Assembly: GCA_964346495.1 (NCBI GenBank) | Contig: CAYFUW010000001.1 | Coordinates: forward strand, 23,327-87,326 | Length of the DNA stretch: 64,000 nt | Reading direction: 5' to 3' | DNA from: an uncultured Dysgonomonadaceae bacterium | GTDB taxonomy: Bacteria; Bacteroidota; Bacteroidia; Bacteroidales; Dysgonomonadaceae | Shown: positions 1 through 9,397 of the stretch, piece by piece | Layout: every line of letters starts with the position of its first letter | Numbering within the stretch: position 1 is the stretch's first letter | Notes under the pieces: generated by a model | Databases searched by the model: none | What the model saw: only the letters and a program-made list of their open reading frames with translations | What the model was told of the DNA's origin: nothing | Program-made: the position numbers and the translations under genes

Positions 1-2
1 GC

Positions 3-1844
3 GTACAAGATGCCGTAGTTGGGGAGATTCCAATCAATGAAAATGTAACAGCTTCACGCACTGTTCAGGAAGGTTTTAGCGGAACATACACTATAGGTGA
101 AAGTGCGGAAAGCGATTACAACACATTTCAAAGTGCTATCGCTGCAATGCAGGGCGGAATTGACGGAAAAGTAACCTTTGAAGTGGAAAGTGGCACCTAC
201 AGCGAGGTAATATCTATTCCGCATATTACAGGAGCATCTGCCGAAAACACAATCACCATTAAATCTGCAACCAACAATTACAACGATGTAATAATAGAGA
301 GAGGCTATTACTCAAATGCACTGTTTACATTTAACGGAGTTGACCATTGCACGTTGGAAGGCATTACCCTGAAAACAGATAAAGCATCAAACACAGCTGT
401 GATAGGCGTAATGAATGTCAGCAATCATGCTACGGTACGTAACTGCTTTATCCAGGCTCCGCGCTCATCATCTTATTCGGGTGGAAATATAGCTCTTATC
501 AGAGTTGAAGGAGCAAACACACCTTATGCCAATTCCGATTACTTCACATTGGAAAACTCTGTTTTAGATGGAGGATATAGCGGTGTATATATCTATGGAA
601 CAGGATATATATCTCTGCCAAAACAGAAAGGTGCACGTATCGCCGGAAATAAATTTACAAATCAGGGTGTAATGTCCGTTTATATTACCAAAGAACATGA
701 TGGTATTGTGGAAAACAACACGATTATTGCCAATGGAACTACCGGAAACCCATACAAAGCAATCGATGCTGTATTGATAGGTAACACAATTATCAGAAAC
801 AATAAAATCAATATATCCGATATTGGTTCAAGTTCAGATATTAACGCTATCTACCTTCGACGTCGAGACGATAACGAAACATTGGAAGGCAGAAACAGAG
901 TCTATAATAATGAAGTGATTATTGTTGCCAATAACGGCACTCGTGCTGCTTACGGTATTTTCTGTACTTCCGCTGTAACAAATACAGATATAGTGTATAA
1001 CTCCGTAAATATCACAAACGAAACCGATAAACTAAACAGTGCACCCTTTTATATCTGGAGTAAAGTAGACGAAAAACCTGAAAATGTTAAGCTGGAAAAC
1101 AATATTTTCCAAAACAATGCAGGAGGAAGAGTTTATTACATGAATAGAGCAGATGCTCTTGAGGGAATGACTTTCAACAACAATGCACTTTTCACAACAG
1201 GAGCACAATTTGCTTATGCCGGAGAAGAGGTTGCCGATTTCGAGGCTTGGAAAACTTTGTCTAACGAAACCAACTCAATAATAGAGCAGGTGCAGTTTCT
1301 CGCACCAAACTCTCTCGACTTGACAGAGGCAGGAAACCTACGAGCTGCCAAACCATTGAGTTACGCAACAACAGATATCAACGGAACTGCACGTCACGAA
1401 GTAACACAAACTATGGGTGCTTACGAGTATGTTCCGGTTATGATGCCTGAAATAGCGGAGGGTTATCCAAAAGTAGAGAATATCACTCACCAATCGGCAG
1501 ATGTAAAAGCGAAATTGACGGAAAATGGAAAACTATTTGTCCTGGCACGAAAAACTTCCGAAGCTGTTCCAACTCAAGCCGAAGTTTTGGCAGGAATAGA
1601 AAAAGATATGCTCAAAAACGTTGAAGAGACAATCGAAATAGGCGATTTAGAAAATCAAACCGAATATAAAGTCTATTTCGTGGCACAAAGTCTGTCGGGA
1701 GATAATTCGGGAGTAATCAGCAGCGAAGCATTCACAACAAGCTTCTTACCTACAGAAGCATCAACTTTTGAAAATATTCCGGCAGGAACCGAAGGTGAAT
1801 TTATTGACGGTACTGCTCGTTTCAACGGCTTTAAGGTTGTATAG
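3..1844 (+). CDS. Parallel beta-helix repeat surface protein with its 5' end outside the window; it ends at an in-frame TAG (see findings)
   Basis: The frame is open from base 3, with no stop upstream of the listed Met at 147. Repeated turns such as IIRNNKINIS, YNNEVIIVANNG, LENNIFQNNAGG and FNNNALFT are typical of right-handed beta-helix (PbH1) repeats. Confidence 0.7.
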   Translation, partial: VQDAVVGEIPINENVTASRTVQEGFSGTYTIGESAESDYNTFQSAIAAMQGGIDGKVTFEVESGTYSEVISIPHITGASAENTITIKSATNNYNDVIIERGYYSNALFTFNGVDHCTLEGITLKTDKASNTAVIGVMNVSNHATVRNCFIQAPRSSSYSGGNIALIRVEGANTPYANSDYFTLENSVLDGGYSGVYIYGTGYISLPKQKGARIAGNKFTNQGVMSVYITKEHDGIVENNTIIANGTTGNPYKAIDAVLIGNTIIRNNKINISDIGSSSDINAIYLRRRDDNETLEGRNRVYNNEVIIVANNGTRAAYGIFCTSAVTNTDIVYNSVNITNETDKLNSAPFYIWSKVDEKPENVKLENNIFQNNAGGRVYYMNRADALEGMTFNNNALFTTGAQFAYAGEEVADFEAWKTLSNETNSIIEQVQFLAPNSLDLTEAGNLRAAKPLSYATTDINGTARHEVTQTMGAYEYVPVMMPEIAEGYPKVENITHQSADVKAKLTENGKLFVLARKTSEAVPTQAEVLAGIEKDMLKNVEETIEIGDLENQTEYKVYFVAQSLSGDNSGVISSEAFTTSFLPTEASTFENIPAGTEGEFIDGTARFNGFKVV

Positions 1845-1931
1845 ATTGAAGATGGACAAAAGTCAACCAATATTCATGCGGCAAAACTTCAAAGCAACGG
1901 TACAATAACAATTATCAACAGTACCGAAGGT

Positions 1932-3539
1932 TTGGTTCTAAACGGATTCCTGTTTAAATCGGAAGCATCGGTTTCACTTACAACAAAATTAGGAGAAACA
2001 GAAACCAACTCGGCAACGCTGGATGCAACCAACGATAAATGGGTGTTTATCAATCTGAAAAATATGGGTAAAATCACATCGGTAACTCTTTCCGGAACAG
2101 GAAATACACTTATCGATAATTTTAGTGGCACACCACATCCAATGACTTTATCTATAGAAAATCAAACAGTTAATGAAGGAGAATCTGTTACACTTGTTCC
2201 TGATATAAATGGCGGTGTTTTACCTTACACTTATGTTTGGACAAATAGCAATCAGGAGACAATTTCCGAAGAAGAAACCGTATCTTTTACGGCAACAAAT
2301 ACAGCGGAATACACTCTTACAGTTACCGACGCATGGAATAGCAGCATCACCAAAAAATGTCTTGTTACCGTAACCGGTTCAGGTAAAGTTGCAACATTCG
2401 ACGATTTGTATCTCGAACCGGAAAGCCACTGTTGGGGAGATGAAGAGCAGAACACATCTACTTTCTACAGCGGCTCTTACTCGTTCTCGAACACACTTTT
2501 TGCAGAATACTACACATGGGCAGGATTTGCCTATTCAAACAGAACGGCAACCACATTCGAAAGTTTGTTCCCTGACCAATTCAACTCGGCTGTGGGACAT
2601 GGCGTAAACGATTCTGAAAACTACGCTGTTGCTTTCACGATGGGTGACCCGACTCAAGTAACTATAACTCACAACCCTGAAGGAGATGTCGTTAATGGTT
2701 TCTATGTAACAAATACCGCTTATCTGGTTTATACATCTGAAAATGGAACAGGTATGGGCGATGAGCCTAATGCACCTTTCCACGAGGGCGATTGGTTTAA
2801 AGTTATCGCAACTGCAGACAATGGTAACAGTGCAGAGTTTTACCTGGCTGACTACCGTTCGGAAAATGCAAATCATCACTATACACTCCAATCGTGGCAG
2901 TGGTTCGACTTGCGCTCTTTGGGACAGGTGAAATATATCAAATTCACTACCGATGGAACTCGTCACAATGCCTATGGCTCTACAATTCCAAGCTATTTCT
3001 GTATGGACGATTTTGGCGGAGAAAGAAGTGTATTACCTAAACCTGCACAAACTGTTGAAGAGCAGGAGACTGCGGTTATCGATCTGGATGCATTATTTGA
3101 TAATTTTAAAGCGGCAGGCGATGCAATCTACCAAATTACCGATGCACCCGATGAAGAGTTTGCTTCTGCAACAATTGAAGATAACTCCTTGCATCTCACA
3201 GGGAATAAGGTTGGTAACACCTCAATGGTTGTAAAACAGACTATAAAAGGAGAATCTGTTTTTATTGAGCTTCCGATAGAAGTAATATTGACCGATTATA
3301 TAGATAATTGGACACAAAATGCTCAAATAAAGGTAATGCCGAACCCGGCGGATGAGTTTATAAGAATAAATGTATCAGGCAATATTAATATCTATAGTGT
3401 TGACGGAAACTTAGTTGAATCAATCGACAACTATCAACCAAATCAATATATTGATATTAGCAGATTTAGTTCAGGATTGTACGTTATAAAGGTAAATAAT
3501 CAGGAAAAAACATCTATACATAAATTTATCAAGAGGTAG
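1932..3539 (+). CDS. DUF4465-like plus Ig-like domain protein with a T9SS C-terminal sorting domain; probably the C-terminal part of the preceding ORF
   Basis: It is in the same frame as 3..1844, and 1845..1931 is open. There is no signal peptide and the listed start is TTG. The C-terminus (KVMPNPADEFIRINV...GLYVIKVNN...) matches the Por secretion tail. The central region (ATFDDLYLEPESHCWG...YAVAF) resembles DUF4465. Confidence 0.72.
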   Translation: MVLNGFLFKSEASVSLTTKLGETETNSATLDATNDKWVFINLKNMGKITSVTLSGTGNTLIDNFSGTPHPMTLSIENQTVNEGESVTLVPDINGGVLPYTYVWTNSNQETISEEETVSFTATNTAEYTLTVTDAWNSSITKKCLVTVTGSGKVATFDDLYLEPESHCWGDEEQNTSTFYSGSYSFSNTLFAEYYTWAGFAYSNRTATTFESLFPDQFNSAVGHGVNDSENYAVAFTMGDPTQVTITHNPEGDVVNGFYVTNTAYLVYTSENGTGMGDEPNAPFHEGDWFKVIATADNGNSAEFYLADYRSENANHHYTLQSWQWFDLRSLGQVKYIKFTTDGTRHNAYGSTIPSYFCMDDFGGERSVLPKPAQTVEEQETAVIDLDALFDNFKAAGDAIYQITDAPDEEFASATIEDNSLHLTGNKVGNTSMVVKQTIKGESVFIELPIEVILTDYIDNWTQNAQIKVMPNPADEFIRINVSGNINIYSVDGNLVESIDNYQPNQYIDISRFSSGLYVIKVNNQEKTSIHKFIKR

Positions 3540-3604
3540 ATTTATGGAAAAAACCACACTATTTAATTTGACTTAACCTTTTTATATAACCTTAGCTTTC
3601 TGAA

Positions 3605-3641
3605 AAAACGATTGGCGAGATTTTTCGCTAATCGTTTTTTT
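3605..3641 (+). terminator. Intrinsic terminator after the T9SS cargo gene
   Basis: The stem pairs AACGATTGGCGA with TCGCTAATCGTT (one G:U pair) and is followed by a T7 run. Confidence 0.7.
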
Positions 3642-3676
3642 GTGGTCATAATTCCACGCCAATATATGTTAGCCTC

Positions 3677-3862
3677 GTCGGAGGGATTTGCAATCCCGAC
3701 AATTCACAACTAAAATGCTCATAACTCAAAACTATAAATACTGCATTTCGGATATATCAATTTATAATTACAGTTTTGAAACTCCCCCACACACACAAAC
3801 ACGAAACTCGTAACGTATAAAAACCACCCAACTACACACCCCACATTATCAACCCCTTACAT
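3677..3862. repeat. Mosaic repeat array (hairpin module A plus CA-rich heptad tracts)
   Basis: Module A lies at 3677-3700. It is followed by period-7 tracts (CAACTAA..ATAACTC..AAAACTA; CACGAAA CTCGTAA CGTATAA ...). Confidence 0.7.
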
Positions 3863-3915
3863 GCCTGTTGATAACTTTCTTTTCTCATTTATAAAAAACA
3901 GACATCAGTTTTTAG

Positions 3916-3923
3916 TATATTTG
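3916..3923 (+). promoter_or_regulatory. Bacteroidota-type -7 promoter box (TAnnTTTG) upstream of dnaE
   Basis: TATATTTG lies 47 nt upstream of the dnaE ATG. Confidence 0.45.
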
Positions 3924-3969
3924 TCATCACTATTTCTATAACATCAAAACATCCCAATCGAATAAAATT

Positions 3970-6900
3970 ATGCAACCATTTGTACATTTACACGTTCACT
4001 CACAATACTCACTTCTCGACGGACAAGCTAGCATCAAACGAATTGTTGACAAGGCAATGAATGATGGTATGGCTGGCGTCGCGCTTACCGACCATGGCGT
4101 TATGTACGGAGTAAAAGAGTTTGTGAACTATGTAAATAGTGCAAAATCGAAAATAAAGGGAGATATAAAAAAGCTTGAGCAAGAATTGGAAAAGAAACCA
4201 ACCGATGAAAAAATTGCTAAAGAGATTGAAAAACTAACTGCAAAACTAAATTTTAAACCAATAATCGGTTGCGAATGTTATTGTGCACAACGAGGCAGAT
4301 TTGAGAAAAGCGACAGCAAAGTAGATGGTAGCGGCTGGCACCTGGTAGTTCTGGCGAAAAATCTAAAAGGGTACAAAAACCTGATAAAGATTGTATCCAA
4401 AAGCTGGACCGAAGGGTACTATTATCGTCCGCGAATCGACAAAGAGTTGTTGCAAGAGTATCGCGAAGGACTTATTGTTTCGAGTGCATGTTTAGGTGGA
4501 GAGATTCCACGTAAAATAGAAAACGGCGATATAAGAGGTGCGGAAGAGGCTGTACAATGGTTCAAAGATGTTTTCGGAGACGATTTCTACTTAGAGATGC
4601 AACGCCACAAAGCTACCCGTCCCGATGCCGACCACTCAACCTTTCCAAAACAACAACGCGCCAACGAAGAGATTTTAAAACTCAGCAAAAAATTTGATGT
4701 GAAAGTTATAGCCACAAACGACTCTCACTTTGTTGACGAAGAGGATGCCGATGCACACGACAGGCTTATTTGCCTTAGCATGGGCAAAGATTTTGACGAC
4801 CCCGACCGTATGCGCTATACCAAGCAGGAGTGGCTGAAAACAACGGCAGAGATGAATCAAATATTTGCCGATATTCCTGAAGCGTTGAGCAACACTTTAG
4901 AGATTGCCAATAAAGTCGAGATATATTCAATAGATAATCCGGCTCTTATGCCATTCTACCCTATCGACCCATCTTTCGGCACCGAAGAGGAGTACAAAAC
5001 ACGCTTTACGCAGGAACAACTAATTGAAAAGTTTGGAGAAAAAGCTTATAACCGGGTGGGTGGATATGACAAAGCCATCAGAATACTGCTAGAATCGGAC
5101 TACTTGCGCCACCTGACATATTTAGGAGCCAAGAAAAAATATGGCGAAGAGCTATCACAAGAGGTAACAGAACGACTCGATTTCGAGCTGGAGACCATAA
5201 CTAACATGGGTTTCCCCGGATATTTCCTTATCGTTCAGGACTTTATTAATGCTGCACGAGAAATGGATGTGGCGGTTGGTCCCGGACGAGGTTCTGCTGC
5301 AGGCTCTGCTGTGGCATACTGTCTGGGAATTACCGATATCGACCCACTAAAATATCACCTGCTTTTCGAACGTTTCTTAAATCCCGACCGAATTTCGATG
5401 CCCGATATCGATATCGATTTCGATGATGAAGGAAGAGATAAAGTTCTGCAATGGGTAACCGATAAGTATGGTCACGAAAAGGTAGCGAGAATTATCACAT
5501 ACGGCACAATGGCTACAAAATCATCTATTAGAGATGTTGCCAGAATACACAAATTGCCACTGCCCGATGCCGACAGATTAGCCAAATTAGTACCCGACCG
5601 TATTCCCAACGTGAAAAAAGTAAATCTCGAGGCAGCAATAAATAATGTTCCCGAACTAAAAGAAGCTGCACAAAGCAACGACCCTATACTTGCCGATACA
5701 ATTAAGTATGCTCAAATGCTCGAGGGAAACGTACGAAATGTGGGTATGCACGCGTGTGGCGTTATTATCGGACAAACAGATATTTCGGATATTGTTCCTA
5801 TCTCCACAATGGATGATAAGGATGGCGAAAAACTTCTGGTAACACAATACGAAGGCTCTGTAATTGAAGAGACAGGCTTGATAAAAATGGACTTCCTTGG
5901 GCTGAAAACTCTAACTATCATTAAAGATGCGATAAATAATATTGAAGCCACAACCGGAAAAAAGATAAATATTGACGATATACCGTTAGATGATGCCAAA
6001 ACTTACGAATTGTATAGTAACGGGCAAACAACGGGAACATTCCAGTTTGAGTCGGCAGGAATGCAGAAGTATTTGAAAGAGCTGAAACCGACCAAGTTCG
6101 AAGACCTTATCGCGATGAATGCCCTTTATCGTCCCGGACCAATGGATTATATTCCATCTTTTATCGCTCGTAAGCATGGCAGAGAAGAGATTAGCTACGA
6201 TATTCCTGTTATGGAAAAGTATCTGAGCGAAACTTACGGAATTACGGTATATCAGGAGCAGGTGATGTTACTTTCCAGATTACTTGGCAACTTCACACGC
6301 GGAGAATCTGACGAGTTGCGTAAAGCGATGGGTAAAAAGCTTGCCGATAAAATGGCTCCGCTGAAGATGAAATTTATGGCTGGAGGAAAAGAGAACGGAC
6401 ACGACCAAAAAAAACTGGAAAAGATATGGGCAGATTGGGAAAAATTTGCTTCATACGCTTTCAATAAATCGCACGCCACATGTTATTCGTGGGTTGCATA
6501 CCAAACAGCCTGGTTGAAAGCAAATTACCCGTCGGAATATATGGCATCGGTGCTTTCGAACAACTTAAACAACATTTCCGAAATCACCAAGTTTATGGAC
6601 GAGTGCAAAGCCATGGGAATAAATGTGCTTACGCCGGATATAAACGAATCGGTATTGAAATTTTCGGTAAACAAACAGGGCGACATTCGTTTCGGGTTGG
6701 CTGCAATTAAAAGTGTGGGACAAAATGCAGTTGAGAGCATTATCAGCGAGCGGGCGGAAAACGGACCGTTTACCGATATTTTCGACTTCGTAGAGAGAGT
6801 AAACCTATCGGCTTGCAACAGAAAAAATATAGAATCTATGGCTTTAGCGGGAGCTTTCGACTCGTTACCAAACATAAAACGAGAACATTTTGCAAGCTCC

Positions 6901-7701
6901 GACGAAAAGGAAGGAGGAGAGGATTTCTTAGATACTCTTATTCGCTACGGAAACAGATTTCAACAAGATAAACAGCAATCGATGAATTCGCTTTTCGGTG
7001 ATGAAATGATCTCTATGATTACCAAACCTGAAATTCCCAAGGTTGAAAGATTCTCAGATTTAAAACGATTAGACAAAGAGCGCGAACTTATTGGAATCTA
7101 TCTATCGGCGCATCCTTTGGACGATTACGAGTTTATCCTGACCTATATCTGCAACGCTAATGCGGCTATGCTAAAAGACCTTGCCTCGCTTAACGGAAGA
7201 ACATTAACATTTGGCGGCTTGGTAACTAACGCGAGATACGGACAAACAAAAAATAACAAACCGTTTACAATTATAACGATAGAAGATTATACCGGAAGTT
7301 ACGAATTGGCACTTTTCGGGCAGGATAGCATCGATTTCGGCAACTATGGTCGCGAAGGATTAGCTCTTTATATTAAAGCTACAATAAGAGAGAGAGCATT
7401 CAGAAATAACGAGTATGAAATTAAGGTATCATCTATAAATTTACTATCGGAAGTACAAGACAGTTTGGTGAAAAAAATCACCCTTAATATCCCTATTTCG
7501 GAACTCGATGATACATTGGTTGCAGAATTATCGGCACTAATGAAAAACAATTCAGGAAATTCGTTGTTATATTTTCATATACAAGGCGAAGAGGCAAGGA
7601 TGAACGTGCAACTGTTTTCACGTCCATCACGAATTAATGTGAATAAACGTCTGATAGATTATTTAATAAACAACCTCCAAATTGATTTTAAGATAAACTA
7701 A
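3970..7701 (+). CDS. dnaE: DNA polymerase III alpha subunit
   Basis: 1243 aa. It has an N-terminal PHP domain (FVHLHVHSQYSLLDG), a polymerase core (PDIDIDF, GLLKMDFLGLKTL, FNKSHATCY) and an OB fold at the C-terminus. Confidence 0.97.
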   Translation: MQPFVHLHVHSQYSLLDGQASIKRIVDKAMNDGMAGVALTDHGVMYGVKEFVNYVNSAKSKIKGDIKKLEQELEKKPTDEKIAKEIEKLTAKLNFKPIIGCECYCAQRGRFEKSDSKVDGSGWHLVVLAKNLKGYKNLIKIVSKSWTEGYYYRPRIDKELLQEYREGLIVSSACLGGEIPRKIENGDIRGAEEAVQWFKDVFGDDFYLEMQRHKATRPDADHSTFPKQQRANEEILKLSKKFDVKVIATNDSHFVDEEDADAHDRLICLSMGKDFDDPDRMRYTKQEWLKTTAEMNQIFADIPEALSNTLEIANKVEIYSIDNPALMPFYPIDPSFGTEEEYKTRFTQEQLIEKFGEKAYNRVGGYDKAIRILLESDYLRHLTYLGAKKKYGEELSQEVTERLDFELETITNMGFPGYFLIVQDFINAAREMDVAVGPGRGSAAGSAVAYCLGITDIDPLKYHLLFERFLNPDRISMPDIDIDFDDEGRDKVLQWVTDKYGHEKVARIITYGTMATKSSIRDVARIHKLPLPDADRLAKLVPDRIPNVKKVNLEAAINNVPELKEAAQSNDPILADTIKYAQMLEGNVRNVGMHACGVIIGQTDISDIVPISTMDDKDGEKLLVTQYEGSVIEETGLIKMDFLGLKTLTIIKDAINNIEATTGKKINIDDIPLDDAKTYELYSNGQTTGTFQFESAGMQKYLKELKPTKFEDLIAMNALYRPGPMDYIPSFIARKHGREEISYDIPVMEKYLSETYGITVYQEQVMLLSRLLGNFTRGESDELRKAMGKKLADKMAPLKMKFMAGGKENGHDQKKLEKIWADWEKFASYAFNKSHATCYSWVAYQTAWLKANYPSEYMASVLSNNLNNISEITKFMDECKAMGINVLTPDINESVLKFSVNKQGDIRFGLAAIKSVGQNAVESIISERAENGPFTDIFDFVERVNLSACNRKNIESMALAGAFDSLPNIKREHFASSDEKEGGEDFLDTLIRYGNRFQQDKQQSMNSLFGDEMISMITKPEIPKVERFSDLKRLDKERELIGIYLSAHPLDDYEFILTYICNANAAMLKDLASLNGRTLTFGGLVTNARYGQTKNNKPFTIITIEDYTGSYELALFGQDSIDFGNYGREGLALYIKATIRERAFRNNEYEIKVSSINLLSEVQDSLVKKITLNIPISELDDTLVAELSALMKNNSGNSLLYFHIQGEEARMNVQLFSRPSRINVNKRLIDYLINNLQIDFKIN

Positions 7702-7770
7702 ATCAGCAAATTACAAAATATAAAAACATTATAAATATAAGATCTTATAACAAATTAATTTAACAAAACT

Positions 7771-8085
7771 ATGGCATTACAAATTACAGACGCAACACTG
7801 GACGAAGTGTTGGCAACAGACAAATTAGTAGTTATTGACTTTTGGGCAGAGTGGTGCGGACCTTGCAAAATGATTGGTCCAATCATCGACGAGTTGAGTG
7901 AAGAATACAAAGATAAAGCTGTTATTGGAAAAGTAAACGTTGACGATAACGACGATGTTACTTCAAAATACGGAATCCGCAATATCCCGACAGTTGTTTT
8001 CGTGAAAAATGGCGAAATGGTTGACAAAGTTGTTGGCGCTGCTTCAAAAGCTCTTTTCGCTGAAAAAATAGAGAAATATATCTAA
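7771..8085 (+). CDS. trxA: Thioredoxin
   Basis: 104 aa with the WAEWCGPCK active site. Confidence 0.93.
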   Translation: MALQITDATLDEVLATDKLVVIDFWAEWCGPCKMIGPIIDELSEEYKDKAVIGKVNVDDNDDVTSKYGIRNIPTVVFVKNGEMVDKVVGAASKALFAEKIEKYI

Positions 8086-8104
8086 TTTATTTTTTTATAG
8101 ATAA

Positions 8105-8148
8105 AATAAGGACTGATTCCAAAAAAAGGAGTCAGTCCTTATTGTTTT
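8105..8148 (+). terminator. Intrinsic terminator after trxA
   Basis: A 12 bp stem pairs AATAAGGACTGA with TCAGTCCTTATT and is followed by GTTTT. Confidence 0.7.
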
Positions 8149-8150
8149 CT

Positions 8151-8444
8151 AAGTAGCAACTAATTTCAAATTAGCAGCTACTTTATTCTGATAAAGTCGG
8201 GATTGCAAATCCCTCAGACAAGTCTTTGTGTTTTGATTCTTTCGTCTGTTCTTTTTTTTGACGAAGGCACAGCCATCGTCTCCTCGAAGCGCAGCGGAGA
8301 TCCCGATGAGCAAAGCGATTTCGGGATACATTCCCGCTTTCACGGGAATGACGTCTGGCGAATATAAATCTCACTTTGTTCGAAATAACAAGGAACACCT
8401 AAACCCGAAACGGGCAACTCGAAACACGTAACTCATAACCCGTT
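8151..8444. repeat. Mosaic repeat array
   Basis: In order: module I 8151-8183, module A 8196-8219, inverted AAGACAC heptads 8221-8250, module D 8262-8283, module E 8329-8353, heptads 8396-8444. Confidence 0.75.
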
Positions 8445-8448
8445 TAAC

Positions 8449-8487
8449 AAAAAAACAGTCGGCAACCATGTTACCGACTGTTTTTTT
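8449..8487. terminator. Bidirectional hairpin terminator (serves the DUF2795 gene)
   Basis: An A7 run is followed by the stem ACAGTCGGCAAC / GTTACCGACTGT and then a T7 run. Confidence 0.7.
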
Positions 8488-8516
8488 ACGCTCTGTTTTA
8501 TCTGTAAAGAAATGAA

Positions 8517-8738
8517 TCAATACTCATCTTCGTTGAAGAAAAAATCCTCTTTTGTAGGATAATCTGGCCAGATATCCTCTATTGTTTCAAAGATTTCGGA
8601 GTCATCTTCAATTTCTTGTAAATTCTCGATTACCTCTAGCGGCGCTCCCGAGCGTTGGGCATAATCGATTAATTCATCTTTTGTTGCCGGCCACGGAGCA
8701 TCCTCTAGTTTCGAAGCTAATTCAAGTGTCCAATACAT
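8517..8738 (-). CDS. DUF2795-like small acidic protein
   Basis: 73 aa. The motif PATKDELIDYAQRSGAPLEVIENL resembles DUF2795. The gene is flanked by a -7 box and a terminator. Confidence 0.65.
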   Translation of the reverse strand: MYWTLELASKLEDAPWPATKDELIDYAQRSGAPLEVIENLQEIEDDSEIFETIEDIWPDYPTKEDFFFNEDEY

Positions 8739-8790
8739 TATATTAAATCAGTTTTTGGGTTAATAATTGTCTTATATACCAATTTTCCCG

Positions 8791-8798
8791 CAAATGTA
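8791..8798 (-). promoter_or_regulatory. -7 box upstream of the DUF2795 gene
   Basis: The reverse complement reads TACATTTG, 53 nt upstream of the start. Confidence 0.4.
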
Positions 8799-8808
8799 TA
8801 AAAAATTT

Positions 8809-9369
8809 TTATATATTCTCCTTTTCCCAGTATAATTCTTGTGATGTCTTATTACTTTCGTATCGGGCAAGTATAAAAAAGTAGTCCGAAAGACGATTGA
8901 TAAAGGCAAGAACAACCTCACTTACAGGATAATTTTCAGCTACTCTGTAAGTTAATCTTTCTACTCTGCGAGTAACTGTCCGGCAAATATGCGACCGCGA
9001 TGCCGCTTCATTACCACCCGGAAGTACAAACTTCTTAATTTTTGGCAGGAGAGCATCTATTCTGTCTATTTCGTGCTCTATTCGCTCTACATCGGCAGTA
9101 GAAACTGTTTCAAAACTATCTGCTCCCTCTTTTTCTGTTTCGTATGCAAGGTATGCACCTATATTGAACAAGCGATGTTGAATAAACAATAAAAAGTTCC
9201 TTGTATCTTCATCTTCAATAGCACAGTTTAGCCAACCAACATAACTGTTTAGCTCATCAACCGAGCCGTACGATTCAAGGCGAATATGTGTTTTGCTTAC
9301 TCTTGTTCCGCCAACCAGCGACGTTGTACCTTTGTCGCCTCCTCTTGTGTAAATAACGCTTTTTTTCAT
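8809..9369 (-). CDS. PduO-type ATP:cob(I)alamin adenosyltransferase
   Basis: The N-terminus IYTRGGDKGTTSLVGG...SYGSVDELNSYVG is the PduO/MMAB family signature. Confidence 0.88.
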   Translation of the reverse strand: MKKSVIYTRGGDKGTTSLVGGTRVSKTHIRLESYGSVDELNSYVGWLNCAIEDEDTRNFLLFIQHRLFNIGAYLAYETEKEGADSFETVSTADVERIEHEIDRIDALLPKIKKFVLPGGNEAASRSHICRTVTRRVERLTYRVAENYPVSEVVLAFINRLSDYFFILARYESNKTSQELYWEKENI

Positions 9370-9397
9370 AATATGATTTTTAATTATGTGTGATGTA

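Noticed and set aside
1842-1844. TAG reassignment (pyrrolysine or an alternative genetic code) as the explanation for the in-frame stop
   Set aside because: TAG is used as the ordinary terminator of at least six other well-supported genes in this window (ends at 3539, 39855, 41026, 45926, 47476, 61732). No pyl genes are present.
4675-7550. Numerous 60-140 aa ORFs antisense to or overlapping dnaE (similarly inside valS, polA, porU, glmM, the aspartate kinase gene and the GH3 fusion gene)
   Set aside because: They are embedded in long genes with clear conserved motifs, have no independent signals, and are typical shadow ORFs in AT-rich DNA.
8149-8398. ORFs 8149..8343 and 8183..8398 (also 9981..10187, 10042..10284, 30533..30730, 30570..30857) as small protein genes
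   Set aside because: They lie entirely within the repeat arrays and are translations of hairpin and heptad modules, for example ...HSRESGN..., ...GMPRLY..., ...EGFAIPT.... Overlapping frames on both strands are open only because the modules are short. No promoter box or coding periodicity is evident.
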